Shown here: positions 26,389 to 37,088 of the stretch, piece by piece
Numbering within the stretch: the first letter of the stretch is position 1
How the letters are laid out: each line of letters starts with the position of its first letter
Assembly: GCF_001194135.2 (NCBI RefSeq)
Contig: NC_068995.1
Location: 8,397,225-8,438,204 of the forward strand
Length of the DNA stretch: 40,980 bases
From: Octopus bimaculoides
Taxonomy: Eukaryota
Direction: 5' to 3'
Position numbers and translations under genes: made by a program
The notes under the pieces: model-generated
What the model saw: the letters and a program-made list of their open reading frames with translations, nothing else
What the model was told of the DNA's origin: nothing
Database searches by the model: none

Positions 26389-27752
26389 TATTGTGTGTAT
26401 ACATACAAATACATACATATATGCATACATTTTTATGTATAATTTCACTTTAAATATATATGTACGTGAGAATATAATCAATATGGCGAAAGTTTAACCA
26501 ATGATAACAGCACATCAACGCTTTCTTTAACAAAACCACTTCTTGTACTGCATCCATTTACCGAGCGGATGCAGACGACTGCGCTAATGTAGCCATTTTA
26601 ATTCATAATACCTTCCCTTATTTGGTAATTTGAATGAAATGATTGGTACGGTTTGTTGATTAAAACTTAACACCCCCACCTTTCATCTTCACACACACAC
26701 ACACACACACACATAGGCACGTTCTCTTTTTTCTTTCTCCTCTCGTCTCTCTCTTTCTGCCTATTTCTCAGGCTTTCCCATTTATTTCTGTCTTTCAGTC
26801 ATATTCTCAATTAAATATGTTCGCCGTATCTCAGAATTTCCTATTCTTTCTCCCTGTCTTTATCTATCTCTCTCTCTCTCTCTCTATACTCTTCTTTCTC
26901 TCTTTCTGGCTGTTTTTCCCATACATGTTTTCTCTCATTTAAATTCTCAATTAGATAGTACGACAGAAAACACTCTGGCGCACAGAGAAACACATATGTC
27001 TTCTCTACATTATTCGAATGATTTCTCTATCTGAATATATATTTGCCTCTCTATTTTCATATACCTAGTTACATATACGTCTATAAAACTAGTTTTCCAT
27101 CGGCCTCTACATCCATCCATCTATCTATCTATCTATCTATCTGTTTCTCTGTCTGTCTATCTATCCCTCTTTATGTGTCTCAGCGAATACATTGCCAAAA
27201 ATATTTTGCCATCGTCTAGATATCTCTATTACGTTATCATAAAACTCTTTACTGTACTACGCTGCACACGTACATAAAGTACACGCAGTTACCCGTGCAA
27301 AAACATAACCGCAATTCTTTTCAAAACAAAATACGTCTATCCGCAGCATTCACTGATATATATATATATGTATGTACGTGTATGTGTGCGTCTATGCCTG
27401 TATGCATGTATATGCATATATGCATAAATATGAAAGGCGATATATTAGTATGAGCATTCATGTGCAGAGGTAAATATTCCTGTAAAAACGTGTGCTTCTG
27501 TGTGCGTGTATGCCTTCTCGTTACATATACGTGTTAGTATTTCGTATCCGTGTCTGTGCGTTCGTTGTCGTCATGTCTTCTTTATTATTGTTTATATTAT
27601 TATCGCCGTCCTGCCAGTTATTTCTCTTGATGTAGCGATTGCTTCTGCTCTTTGTCTGTTGTTCTGTGGGCAAATAGAACAATAAGGGTGGAAGTCTAGC
27701 CAAGAAAAACATTAAACATGTTGATTCTTTGTTATTGTGCTCATTATATAAT

Positions 27753-27786
27753 ATCGCTTCACGGCGTTTCGACTAAGATCAAAGTG
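27753..27786 (+). pseudogene. 3'-truncated U2 snRNA retrocopy (first 34 nt)
   Basis: ATCGCTTCACGGCGTTTCGACTAAGATCAAAGTG versus the recalled metazoan U2 5' end ATCGCTTCTCGGCCTTTTGGCTAAGATCAAAGTG: 30/34, starting exactly at U2 nt 1. Flanked by cattatataat (27742-27752) and cattatattta (27787-27797). Confidence 0.8.
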
Positions 27787-28143
27787 CATTATATTTACAT
27801 TAATTAACGCGGTTGTTACTAACTACGGCGGAAAACCTTTGCAGTATCAACGCCTAGGGCATTGAGAAACCTTTCACCAAGTGGAAACTACAGGTGATGG
27901 TGAAAAATGGAGATGAATTAGACAATCTAACTGTATCCTCTTAGTCTCTATACTTCGCCAGAGCAATGCTGTAAGTTGTGTACTTCGCCTGAATGCTGTC
28001 TTCGACACGAACACCTTTCCATTTTTGGTCTCTTGTCGAACACAACTATGAAGTGAGTAGTATTAGCTAACATGGTTATCATAGGAGCATTCTTGAGCCG
28101 CCATTATTCCAGCTCATGATCTGCAATACATTGTGTATAAGTA

Positions 28144-28362
28144 TTGATTTTAAATTTTGGCCAGAAAGCCAGACATTTTCGAGGGAGGAGAATAGTCGAT
28201 TATATCGATCCCAGTATTCAACTGGTACTTATTTTGCATCCCCGAAAGGATGAAAAGCAAAGTCGGCCTTGGCGGAATTTGAACTCAGAACCTAAAGACG
28301 CGAATGAAATACCTCTCGGTCTTTTGCCTTGCGTGTTAATGACTCTGCCAGGTCACCGACTT
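28144..28362 (-). mobile_element. SINE family A, full length, diverged
   Basis: gtcgattatatcgatcccagtattcaactggtacttatttt...ccccgaaaggatgaaaagcaaagtcggccttggcggaatttgaactcagaac. Confidence 0.85.
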
Positions 28363-29491
28363 GCAACTGTACAGATATTACTAGGAAACAACAGCAACCG
28401 ACTCCAACTGCGAATGAAGTGACGTAGCGTACTTCGATGTGTGTCTTCTAAGATTACCATGATGTGTTTAACCTCGAGAAGTGTAGGAAAAAGATGTCCC
28501 AGGGCTCTTTTAGTTCAAATTATATAACCTCTCCCTCGCTGGATAGGTAATAGCAGAATAGACTCTGAAGAAGCAATAAAAAATATACCTTTGGCTCTTT
28601 ACAGCTAAAATAACCTACGAAAGACAGGATTGAATAAATCCAGCCAACTAATCACACAGGTAGTTGTGGCTTCATTTCAGCAGGAAAATTTATTGAAAAG
28701 GTAATTACCCGTTTGTCTCCACCCATTTTTGAAATTCAAATTCTCAATAAATCTGCTGATAGGGATTCATTGCATAATTTTTTTTTTTTAATGTTGACTT
28801 CCAAAACCTGTGATAACGTTATCTCGGATAAAGTGGAGTCCGATTCAGGCTAACGTTTATCTCTCATTAGATCAACGAACCTGGATTAGCAGTTGATCAT
28901 CTGTTCATTATCTAAAGCGGAATTGTGGAAAGATTTTGAAAGTTGTTTTTTCAGGATTAAAGTTTAATATAATTTTAGTTAGTAGCCCTCACGACGAGGA
29001 AAGGTAACATGATGTCTTAGATTATGCATCGTACTGCCATTTACTAAACAAAACCTGCCAAAATGTTACTGAAACATAAAAAGCAAGAAAATTGCACAAA
29101 AATGAAGGCATAAAGCGAAATTGTAGAAGCAGTAATCCTCATATGAAAAAAAAAACTGTTTCTCAAATTCGGTGATTTCTTTCATCTTCAATCACAAAAT
29201 ATTCTGTTTATATATATATATATATATAATGTACATATATATATATAATTTTCCCTAAATATACATTAAAAAATGTGTGATAAATTCAATTATCGGAGAG
29301 ACACTGCAGCGGTTAGCTTCTCAAAGAAATAATTAATAAGATTTTCTCATAATTTCCAAGAAGTGATATTCAGAATATCATTGTTATGTAATTCCTTATT
29401 TTGTTTTTTAAACAAGGGAAGACAATTTATTCAATGGCAAAAATACAAATATGTTATTGGGATTTGGACAGTTAAACCTGTAATAAATGTA

Positions 29492-29857
29492 TTGGCTGTG
29501 TGGTAAGACGTTTGCTTCCCAACCACATGGTTCCGGGTTCAATCTCACTGTGTGGCATCTTGTGTGGCACTATAGCCTCGAGCCGACCAAAGCCTTGTGA
29601 GTTGATTTCGTAGACGAAAACTGAGATAAGCCTGACGTATACATATATATGTATGTATTTGTGTGTCTGTGTTTGTCCCCCACCAACACTTGATAACCAA
29701 TGTTGATGTGTTTACGTCCCTGTGATATAGCAGTTCAGCAAAATACTCAGATAGAATAAGTACTAGGCTTTCGAAGAATAAGTCCTGGGATCGATTAGTT
29801 CGACTAAAGGCGGCGCTCCAGCATGGTCGCATTTAAATGACTGAAGCAAGTAAAAGA
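29492..29857 (+). mobile_element. SINE family B, full length (best-preserved full-length copy)
   Basis: tggctgtgtggtaag (A-box-like), ggttcaatctc (B-box, 29536-29546), short internal (TA)/(TG) tract, and 3' end aaatgactgaagcaagtaaaaga. Confidence 0.9.
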
Positions 29858-29894
29858 CCAAGATCGAATGCGATATAATTAACAAAACTATATT

Positions 29895-29983
29895 TCAAAT
29901 AACAATTGTGAGTGAGAAGATGGTAAATATGTTGAATAAAATGTATTGAAAAAAAGTCGCACTACTTATGCACCAACCTATTA
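29895..29983 (+). mobile_element. Mariner 3' terminus (last codons plus TIR plus TA)
   Basis: gatggtaaatatgttgaataa reads DGKYVE* (compare the Mos1 C-terminus DGKYFE*). 29949-29981 reverse-complements to ataggttggtgcataagtagtgcgactttttt, resembling the Hsmar1/MADE1-type TIR TTAGGTTGGTGCAAAAGTAATTGCGG. TA follows. Confidence 0.7.
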
Positions 29984-31230
29984 TCTATCTATATATATAT
30001 ATATATATATATANNNNNNNNNNGTATACTATCACAGTAATTACACTCGAGTAGCTTTAAATTTCTAAATTTATTAGGTGTTCATACACTGCGTGTAAGT
30101 TCTATATCGTACTGTTATCAGGAAATTTAATGTCACGTAGAAACTCTGTAGAACTCATGAAGTCTGCTTTCAAATTTAACGAGACAATGTTAAAAATAAC
30201 TCTTATACGGGGGAAAAATTATTTGCTTATTAAAACTAACGTATATAAAATGGATTCATGCAATGAATAAGAATTTAGTGGTACTTATATTTATATATCT
30301 TTCTCCCTATTTTCACTCTCTTTATAATGCTCTGTTTGTGTTGTATAATGCCGTCCGTGCTTCTGTTTTTCTTTTTTTTTTAATAGATTAAGTGTATGTT
30401 TAATTTTCGATTTCGATAACTTCTTTATTATTTTGCATAATAAATATTTATACAATGTTTGAATATATTAATGGAGTTTTTTAGAACGATTTTATTAGAT
30501 TTTCCAAAACAACATAGTTATCCCAGTAGAATTTATCGTTTTTATAGACATAATGATATATATATATATATACTCCTATCAGTAGACTCCCCACCCCTAT
30601 ATAAATATATATGTATGTATGTGTGTGTATGTGTGTGTGTGTACCTGCTTGTGTACGTGTATGTGTGTAGGTAAAGTGATAAAGCATAAAAGCAATAACT
30701 TACCACAGAAATAACTTTTCCGACAATTCTGTAGTTACGTGTGGATTCATTTTCGTATATATATATACATATATGTGTGTGTGTGTGTTTGTTTTTGTAT
30801 GTGTGTGTGTGTCTGTGTCCGTGTAGATAAATATATACATAACATAGGTTGTATTGAAAGCACGTGTAGTTTTATGTAGAAACACACACGCCCGCGCAAA
30901 CACAGACTGGATTTCATAAAGCATTATTCGCCTTCCCCAGTGGAGAAGAAAGATTTGAAATAACAGCTTCTGTTCATTTGTACAAGTTTAAAATTTAGCG
31001 TAGGTTTACCCGATCCTGGAGTTTAATGATGTCATTAGACTCGTAAAATGGACGTATCGTTAGAATTAACAGTTAAAACTTATAATAATTCCAAAGCGAT
31101 AAATACAAGTGTATTGTTTGGTTGCCTGGCAAGTCGAGTGTTGATATTTCAGCGTTACTGATGTTCTATATACTGGCTGGATTGAATTCCATAATATATT
31201 ATTGTGTTGAGGTAAAAGTTCAACAATATT

Positions 31231-31527
31231 TTGGTAATTCATTTGTCTCATTCGTCAGTATTATCCTTGGAGTATTCCTTTATTTATCAAGTTACTTCGA
31301 ATTATTATTTGTTACGATCCATGGTTAAATTCCTGCGCTCACAACTCTTCATCAATCAAGAAGGCGTCGAAGCTTCAGTGAAGCAGTTTCTTCGCCTCGG
31401 AGAACAAGAATGGTGTCAGCTTACAATCAGAGAAGTGGCTGAAAAGCACCTTGAGACAGTGTAACACGATGACATTTACTATGAATGTTTTTTTCCGATA
31501 GGAAGAAATTGCCTCATATACTTACAT

Positions 31528-31535
<8 letters not shown>
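31231..31535 (+). mobile_element. Mariner transposase C-terminal relic
   Basis: SNYYLLRSMVKFLRSQLFINQEGVEASVKQFLRLGEQEWCQLTIREVAEKHLETV*HDDIYYEC follows the mariner pattern PSDYxLFRSM..FL.G..F.N.E.V...V..F......WY..GI..L..RW.....DG.Y.E. It has an in-frame stop and a decayed TIR running into (CA)n. Confidence 0.75.
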
Positions 31536-31564
<29 letters not shown>

Positions 31565-31590
31565 CGCACACATATATATATATATACATA

Positions 31591-32352
31591 CAAGATGCAT
31601 TAAAGAAATTATGAGACCTCAGAAGTACAATTTATTAATATTTGAAAGAAGTACAAACTTCTAATCTCCTTCAATGCACTTCTTTTTGCGTTCCAGCCAC
31701 TCTGGCAGGGTCCAACGGATGTCTTCCAGAGTAACGGTATCCACAACACTTATCAAAGCCTCCATCTTCTCCTTCAGCTTTTGGGAGCAACCAAAAATCA
31801 AAGGGACCAAGGTCTGGACTGCGGGCAGGGTGAGGGACATATTTGATACCTATCTCTGTCTAGTAGTTGTTTACCTGAACCCCCTTAAGGCCACTACCGG
31901 TCAGAGGTACCATAGTGGATGTAGTTCATTGCTTTGTTGGAAAAAAATGTGAAGAGTCATGATCAACATTCCGGTCGACCCTCTTTGCCTAGACTCTTGT
32001 GCTGGCGAAAAACAGAAGCTGGGCAAACACAAGTTGATCTGTTAGCAGTCTGTAGAATTTCATAAGTTTCTGGGACATTTTTCCTAGTTTAAAACTAAAA
32101 CCTTTTTGCATAGCTAGCGTCGAACTCGTCTTCATGTCCCGACTGCATTCTGCTAACGAATCAGCTGTAACCAGCAAAGTTTAGTACGGTGTATTCAAAG
32201 TGCTGTTATAGTAGTCTGCTTTAGCCTGGAGTAACACGATTTGGCAGGTCACCTTATTAGATGTATGGTTATGATAGAGTAAAGTGCAGTAATTCAGTAT
32301 AGTTATAGCTGCCTCTCCTGAAAATATCTCAAACCTTCTGGAATGCACCTCG
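31591..32352 (-). mobile_element. Internally deleted mariner (762 bp) with both TIRs
   Basis: TA|caagatgcattaaagaaattatgaga ... tctcaaaccttctggaatgcacctcg|TA, with TIRs matching 19/26. The minus strand encodes a frameshifted N-terminus (FSFKLGK/NVPETYEILQTA..CVCPASVFRQHK..KEGR) and C-terminus (EIGIKYVPHPARSPDLGPFDFWLLPK/LKEK...WLERKKKCIEGD*; a decayed YSPDL motif). Most of the DDD core is missing. Confidence 0.9.
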
Positions 32353-32410
32353 TATATATATATATTTATGTCTCTGTCTATATCGATATCGATATCTAAA
32401 TCTATAAATA

Positions 32411-32504
32411 TTACTTTTTACTTTTTTACAGTTATTGAACAGTTGCCATGCTGTGATACCACCCCGAAGGGCTTCGTCGATCAAATCAATCCCAGTACTT
32501 ATTT
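32411..32504 (-). mobile_element. SINE family B-like 3' fragment
   Basis: tttactttttt...gccatgctgtgataccaccccgaagggcttcgtcgatcaaatcaatcccagtacttattt. Confidence 0.55.
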
Positions 32505-32884
32505 AAAAAAAAATTCGTGTAAGTGACCAATCCTTTATACTAAGTTGAAATGTCGAGATCAATTTATTCTGTTATATTTCACGTAGCGTCATGGATTTCA
32601 CTACTCAGAGAAGCTGTTAAATCCGGCGGCATCGTAGCATTTCTATTGATAGACTAACGAATTTCAAAAGGAATAAATGGATTTCTCTTAATGTGGTTCG
32701 TGTCGTTATTTTAATGTTGATGTTGCTGTAGCTGCTGTTATTGTTATTGCTAATGATTGCAACTATATCGATTTTAACATTAAGAATGTAGCTAAATGAT
32801 ATCATTGTTAGTAATCAATAAGCCGTGTTCAAAACATAATGTAACTGTAAATTGAAATGATATTTCGAAAATGTCACAGACAAT

Positions 32885-32964
32885 GTGAGGTTACGGACAT
32901 TATCAGATAATGAGAACTAATAACGTGAGGTTATGAACATTATCAGCTTCTGATGGCTAATAAT
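32885..32964. repeat. 40-bp tandem duplication (2 diverged copies)
   Basis: gtgaggttacggacattatcag...ctaataac / gtgaggttatgaacattatcag...ctaataat. Confidence 0.8.
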
Positions 32965-33109
32965 GTGTATTATATTTTTTGATATAGCTTTTTTTTAATT
33001 TTTACTTTCGTAATTATTTTCTTGTTCATTAATTCATTTGATTTAATATATTTAAAGAATGTTCTTTAAGATAAAAAATATTCAAGATATAACAGAAGAA
33101 AGCTACATA

Positions 33110-33164
<55 letters not shown>

Positions 33165-33574
33165 GTGTGTGTGCCTATATGTGGGTTTGTGCTTGTGTAT
33201 ATTTTGACAAAGTTAGCTTCTAAGTGATTATTAGAAGTGTTAAAATAGCAGACTTTCCCCCTCAAATTACATCTCCCCGTGATCAAAGATACAGAATGGT
33301 TATTGAGGCTTAAGACTGAATAAATAAGGAAGTAGAAGAGGAATGTGTCTGTTGGAAGGGATCTTCGTCTTAGTTCTTTTCGATGAACGGTTAACTGTGC
33401 TACTTTTCTCATACGAAAAAGCAACAGAAACAGAAAATTACACAAGGAAACCACAAGGCAATTACTGCATAATGGCGGAGTTGCTAGAATAGCAAGCGAA
33501 AGGATCCCTCTAGTCACATTCTAACATTTTAAAAAGATAGGTCAGATAATACAGTCACTGTACACTGTACATTG

Positions 33575-33690
33575 CACTGTACATGTTGGCCTACATCTAA
33601 GGCTGTGTGGGAAGATGAATGAGGCATAATGTCGTCATCATTAGGGATTACTCTAAACACCATGATGTTGACTGGATGTTTCCTAGTTTC
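33575..33690 (-). mobile_element. Tc1/mariner-superfamily (DD37D/maT-like) transposase fragment
   Basis: Minus strand RKHPVNIMVFRVIPNDDDIMP, then in a shifted frame FIFPHSLR. This resembles the recalled KHP..IMVFG.I...G..MPPFIF..GL..N block of DD37D-type transposases. No TIRs seen. Confidence 0.6.
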
Positions 33691-33972
33691 TGGCAGAATG
33701 GATAGTGTCATGGTGCTACTTTTCTTAGATGTTGCCCAACTGACCCTAATATACTGTATAGTCGACAAAATCAAACCAAACAATGTGAATGTGCGAAATT
33801 AAATGCATAAAATGGTGACAATTTACCCATCGTACGCTTTATATATATGTATCTGTGTGTGCGCGCGCGTGTGATCGTGCCTTATGTATTATACCTATAT
33901 GAATATATATATGAATATATATTATATATACATAAACGTATACACATACATACATATTTAGATGTATACATA

Positions 33973-34188
33973 CACTCTTTACTCTTTTACTTGTTTCAGT
34001 CATTTGAATGCGGCCATGCTGGAGCACCACCTTTAGTCAAGCAAATCGACCCCAGGACTTATTCTTGGTAAGCCTAGTACTTATTCTGTCGGTCTCTTTT
34101 TGCCAAAACGCTAAGTTACGGGGAAGTAAACACACCAGCATCGGTTGTCAAACGATGGTGGTGGTAGTGGTGGTGGTGGTGGTGGGGG

Positions 34189-34253
<65 letters not shown>

Positions 34254-34388
34254 NNNNNNNNNNNNNNNNNNNNNNNNNNNNNNNNNNNNNNNNNNNNNNN
34301 NNNNNNNNNNNNNNNNNNNNNNNNNNNNNNNNNNNNNNNNNNNNNNTCAAACGATGGTGGTGGTAGTGGTGGTGGTGGTGGGGGGGGG

Positions 34389-34426
<38 letters not shown>

Positions 34427-34439
34427 CCACTCCTTTCGC
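33973..34439 (-). mobile_element. SINE family B, young 3' half plus 5' tip, head/body deleted; spans a gap
   Basis: Near-consensus actcttttacttgtttcagtcatttgaatgcggccatgctggagcacc...gtaaacacaccagcatcggttgtcaaacgat, then (GGT)n and (CA)n, then cacagccactcctttcgc (reverse complement of the head; compare 9395-9408). Confidence 0.85.
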
Positions 34440-35469
34440 AATCATTGTCGTACAGGTTCTGACGTTTATGAGCGTGTGCTGGAAAATTCCTGTCTTTAAC
34501 GCTATCGCGAAAGGCCTGGTTGGAGGCTCGTCCTTCCGAGTTCTTTCATAGGTTAAAGAAAAAAAAATCTCTGACCGCTGAAATAAGTATGTGAACCTGA
34601 GACGGGAATATGTTGGATGAAATCATAATTAACTGATCCTCCTGTATTTCCTTTTGCCCAAAGCCAGGAACTTTCAGCACCCCTCATTATGTGAAATGAG
34701 AATATGAGGTATTCATGCATCTTCAACTACGCATTGGCATATAAAGGAAGACTGTATGATTTTCTAATCTTCTTGAAGGCAGTAAAAGCTATCGTGAAAA
34801 ATATATATATATATTGAATTGATCATGACTACTAAGCGAAACCCGTCCCGTCACATTCTGCTTCACAGGCATAAAACCACTTATCTATATAATACGATAT
34901 AATATTGAGCTTGATATCAAGAAAATAACAAGAACATTACTATCACTATCAGCTATAAAGCTAACAGTAACATAACCTCCACTACCACGCTCAACAGCAG
35001 CAGCGGCAGCAGCAGCAGCAGCACTAACAGCAATATGGTAAAAATGACAAAAAATAAAACCCTAGTAATATGTGTAGCAAAAAATACAGAACGAAACATA
35101 TGGAGACATAGATATAAAGGAGCGATGAAAGAGAAGATGGAAGAGGAGGGAGAGGAGGAGGGGAAAAGAAGAAAAAGAAGCAGAACTTAACAATGAGTAT
35201 AAAGACGGCGATGACGACGACCACCACCACGGCGGTGACGATGAGACGGCGACGATGGTGGTGGTGTGATAGTGATAAAAAAGAAGAAGAAGAAGAAGAA
35301 GAGAAAGACAGTTTGGAATATTAAATTATTGCTTCAGTAGTTCGATTCGGCTAATGTTATACCATCTTGAATAGTTGACTCCGGAAATACCTTTTTTACA
35401 TGATAATTCCGATAGTGAAAGCTGTTGATCATGTTATTTCTTATTGATGATGTTGTTGTTGACGTACCA

Positions 35470-35544
35470 ATTACCATTATTATTATTATTATTATTATTG
35501 TTATTGTTATTGTTGTTGTTGCTGCCATCATTATTGTTATTATT

Positions 35545-35616
<72 letters not shown>

Positions 35617-35618
35617 TT
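35470..35618. repeat. (ATT)n/(GTT)n trinucleotide array
   Basis: Direct reading. Confidence 0.95.
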
Positions 35619-36318
35619 CTAATATCAGCGCTGGTATCTGCGAGATAAAGAAGTAAAAATTCTCCGTTGAAATCCTGTCAAACATATGAAAAGAGTATTT
35701 GTCACAATTAAAAAGCTACCCGTTTTCTCAAAGAGTGATGCGCTTCCTGGAATTCTAAACAAGCAAAAACATCTTTAAAAAACGCCAAGAAAAATATGTA
35801 AAACAAAACAAAAAAAAGAAGCAGAAAACAAAAATGACAGAAAACGAAAGAGAGAGAGATTGTGTTATGGTGAGAGATAGACGTTGTATTTAAATAAAGA
35901 ATAAAAAAAATATATATATATATTTCAAAGTGGAATTAAACGTATTTAATATAGAGAGAATTGGAAACAGACGTAGTACAAAAATAAGGAAATGTACAGA
36001 AGATGACGATGAGTAGTAAGGAGGAGGGGGAGGAGGAGAGGAGGAGGGGAGGAGGAAGGATGTTATTGTAGTGCATGAGGTGTATCATGATGAGAGTGAA
36101 TCTAATGATGATTATGGTGATGAGGATGATGATGATGATGACGACTTCACTGTTTAACCCGAGGTCAATTGTGCTCGAGGGGCATTTCATCGAAGTGTGT
36201 ACTGCCTTTGGTAATGATGTGTAATGTTAGTTATGAACGTAACTGAATAATTAAGGCTATATAATTAATAAATTAACATGAAGACAAGCACGCTCGCGTA
36301 CACACACACAGAGGCACA

Positions 36319-36358
<40 letters not shown>

Positions 36359-36479
36359 TGCACACAAACACACACACACACACACACACAGAGGCACAAA
36401 GGCACACAAACACACAGGGAGGTCTGTGTCGGTATGTATGATTTCAAGGTATGTATTACAAACATCGCCATCCGGCAAA

Positions 36480-36705
36480 TATTAGCCCCACCACCTCAAG
36501 TTGAGGCTATCTACGTGCTTATTTGACTTGCTAGAAATAGTTAAGTAGCCCTTGAAGAACATTTTACAATTTTATAAGAAGATATATAACATTTTGTTAC
36601 ACGGTATTAAACATGAAGATTGTCTTGAAGAGAATGTTGGTTTTCAACGGGGCTAAATGTTGATCTTGACGAAGCCGGCTTAACTGGGCTGACTTGGAGC
36701 GAATC
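36480..36705 (+). mobile_element. Possible third interspersed repeat family, degenerate
   Basis: gaggctatct...atttgacttgctagaaatag and gggctgacttgg resemble an octopus repeat I recall. There is no clear second copy in this window apart from a weak match at 36148-36178. Confidence 0.3.
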
Positions 36706-36865
36706 AGCTGCAGTAAGAATCAACACAATCTACTACACTGTATACAACGTACCTCCAACTCACACCACCACCATTGGCACCACCAGTAACACCACTACCA
36801 CCAGCACCGCCATCACACCATCGCTGGTAGCATCATAAATAATTACAAGAAGAGCAACAATATAA

Positions 36866-37088
36866 TTTTTTTTTCTTTTCTACTCTAGGCACAAGGCCCA
36901 AAATTTTTGAGGAGCGGTCCAGTCGATTAGATCGACCCCAGTACGCAACTGGTACTTAATTTATCGTCCCAGGAAGGATGAAAGGCAAAGTCGATCTCGG
37001 CGGAATTTGAACTCAGAACGTAAAGACAGACGAAATACCGCTAAGCATTTCGCCTGGCGGGCTAACGTTTCTGCCAGCTCGTCGCTTA
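36866..37088 (-). mobile_element. SINE family A, full length, best-preserved copy
   Basis: Minus strand: gcgacgagctggcagaaacgttagcccgccaggcgaaatgcttagcggtatttcgtctgtctttacgttctgagttcaaattccgccgagatcgactttgcctttcatcc...gggccttgtgcctagagtagaaaagaa; A-box and B-box present. Confidence 0.93.

Noticed and set aside
27561-27572. ttcgttgtcgtc matches the 5' end of miR-981 as I recall it
   Set aside because: Only 12 nt match and no complementary hairpin arm is visible.
27787-27855. Possible continuation of U2 (ttgcagtatc resembles the stem-loop IV loop) or a Keno/Utopia insertion
   Set aside because: No Sm site, wrong spacing, and no retroelement sequence follows. The TSD closes the insertion at 27786.
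33582-33594. 13-bp match (atgttggcctaca) to the 4692 minisatellite unit
   Set aside because: It falls within the transposase relic and is too short to distinguish from chance.
34148-34425. Direct duplication of tcaaacgatggtggtgg...gcaaacacac on both sides of the gap
   Set aside because: This is the classic pattern of overlapping contig ends left unmerged at a (CA)n gap; treated as an assembly artefact.
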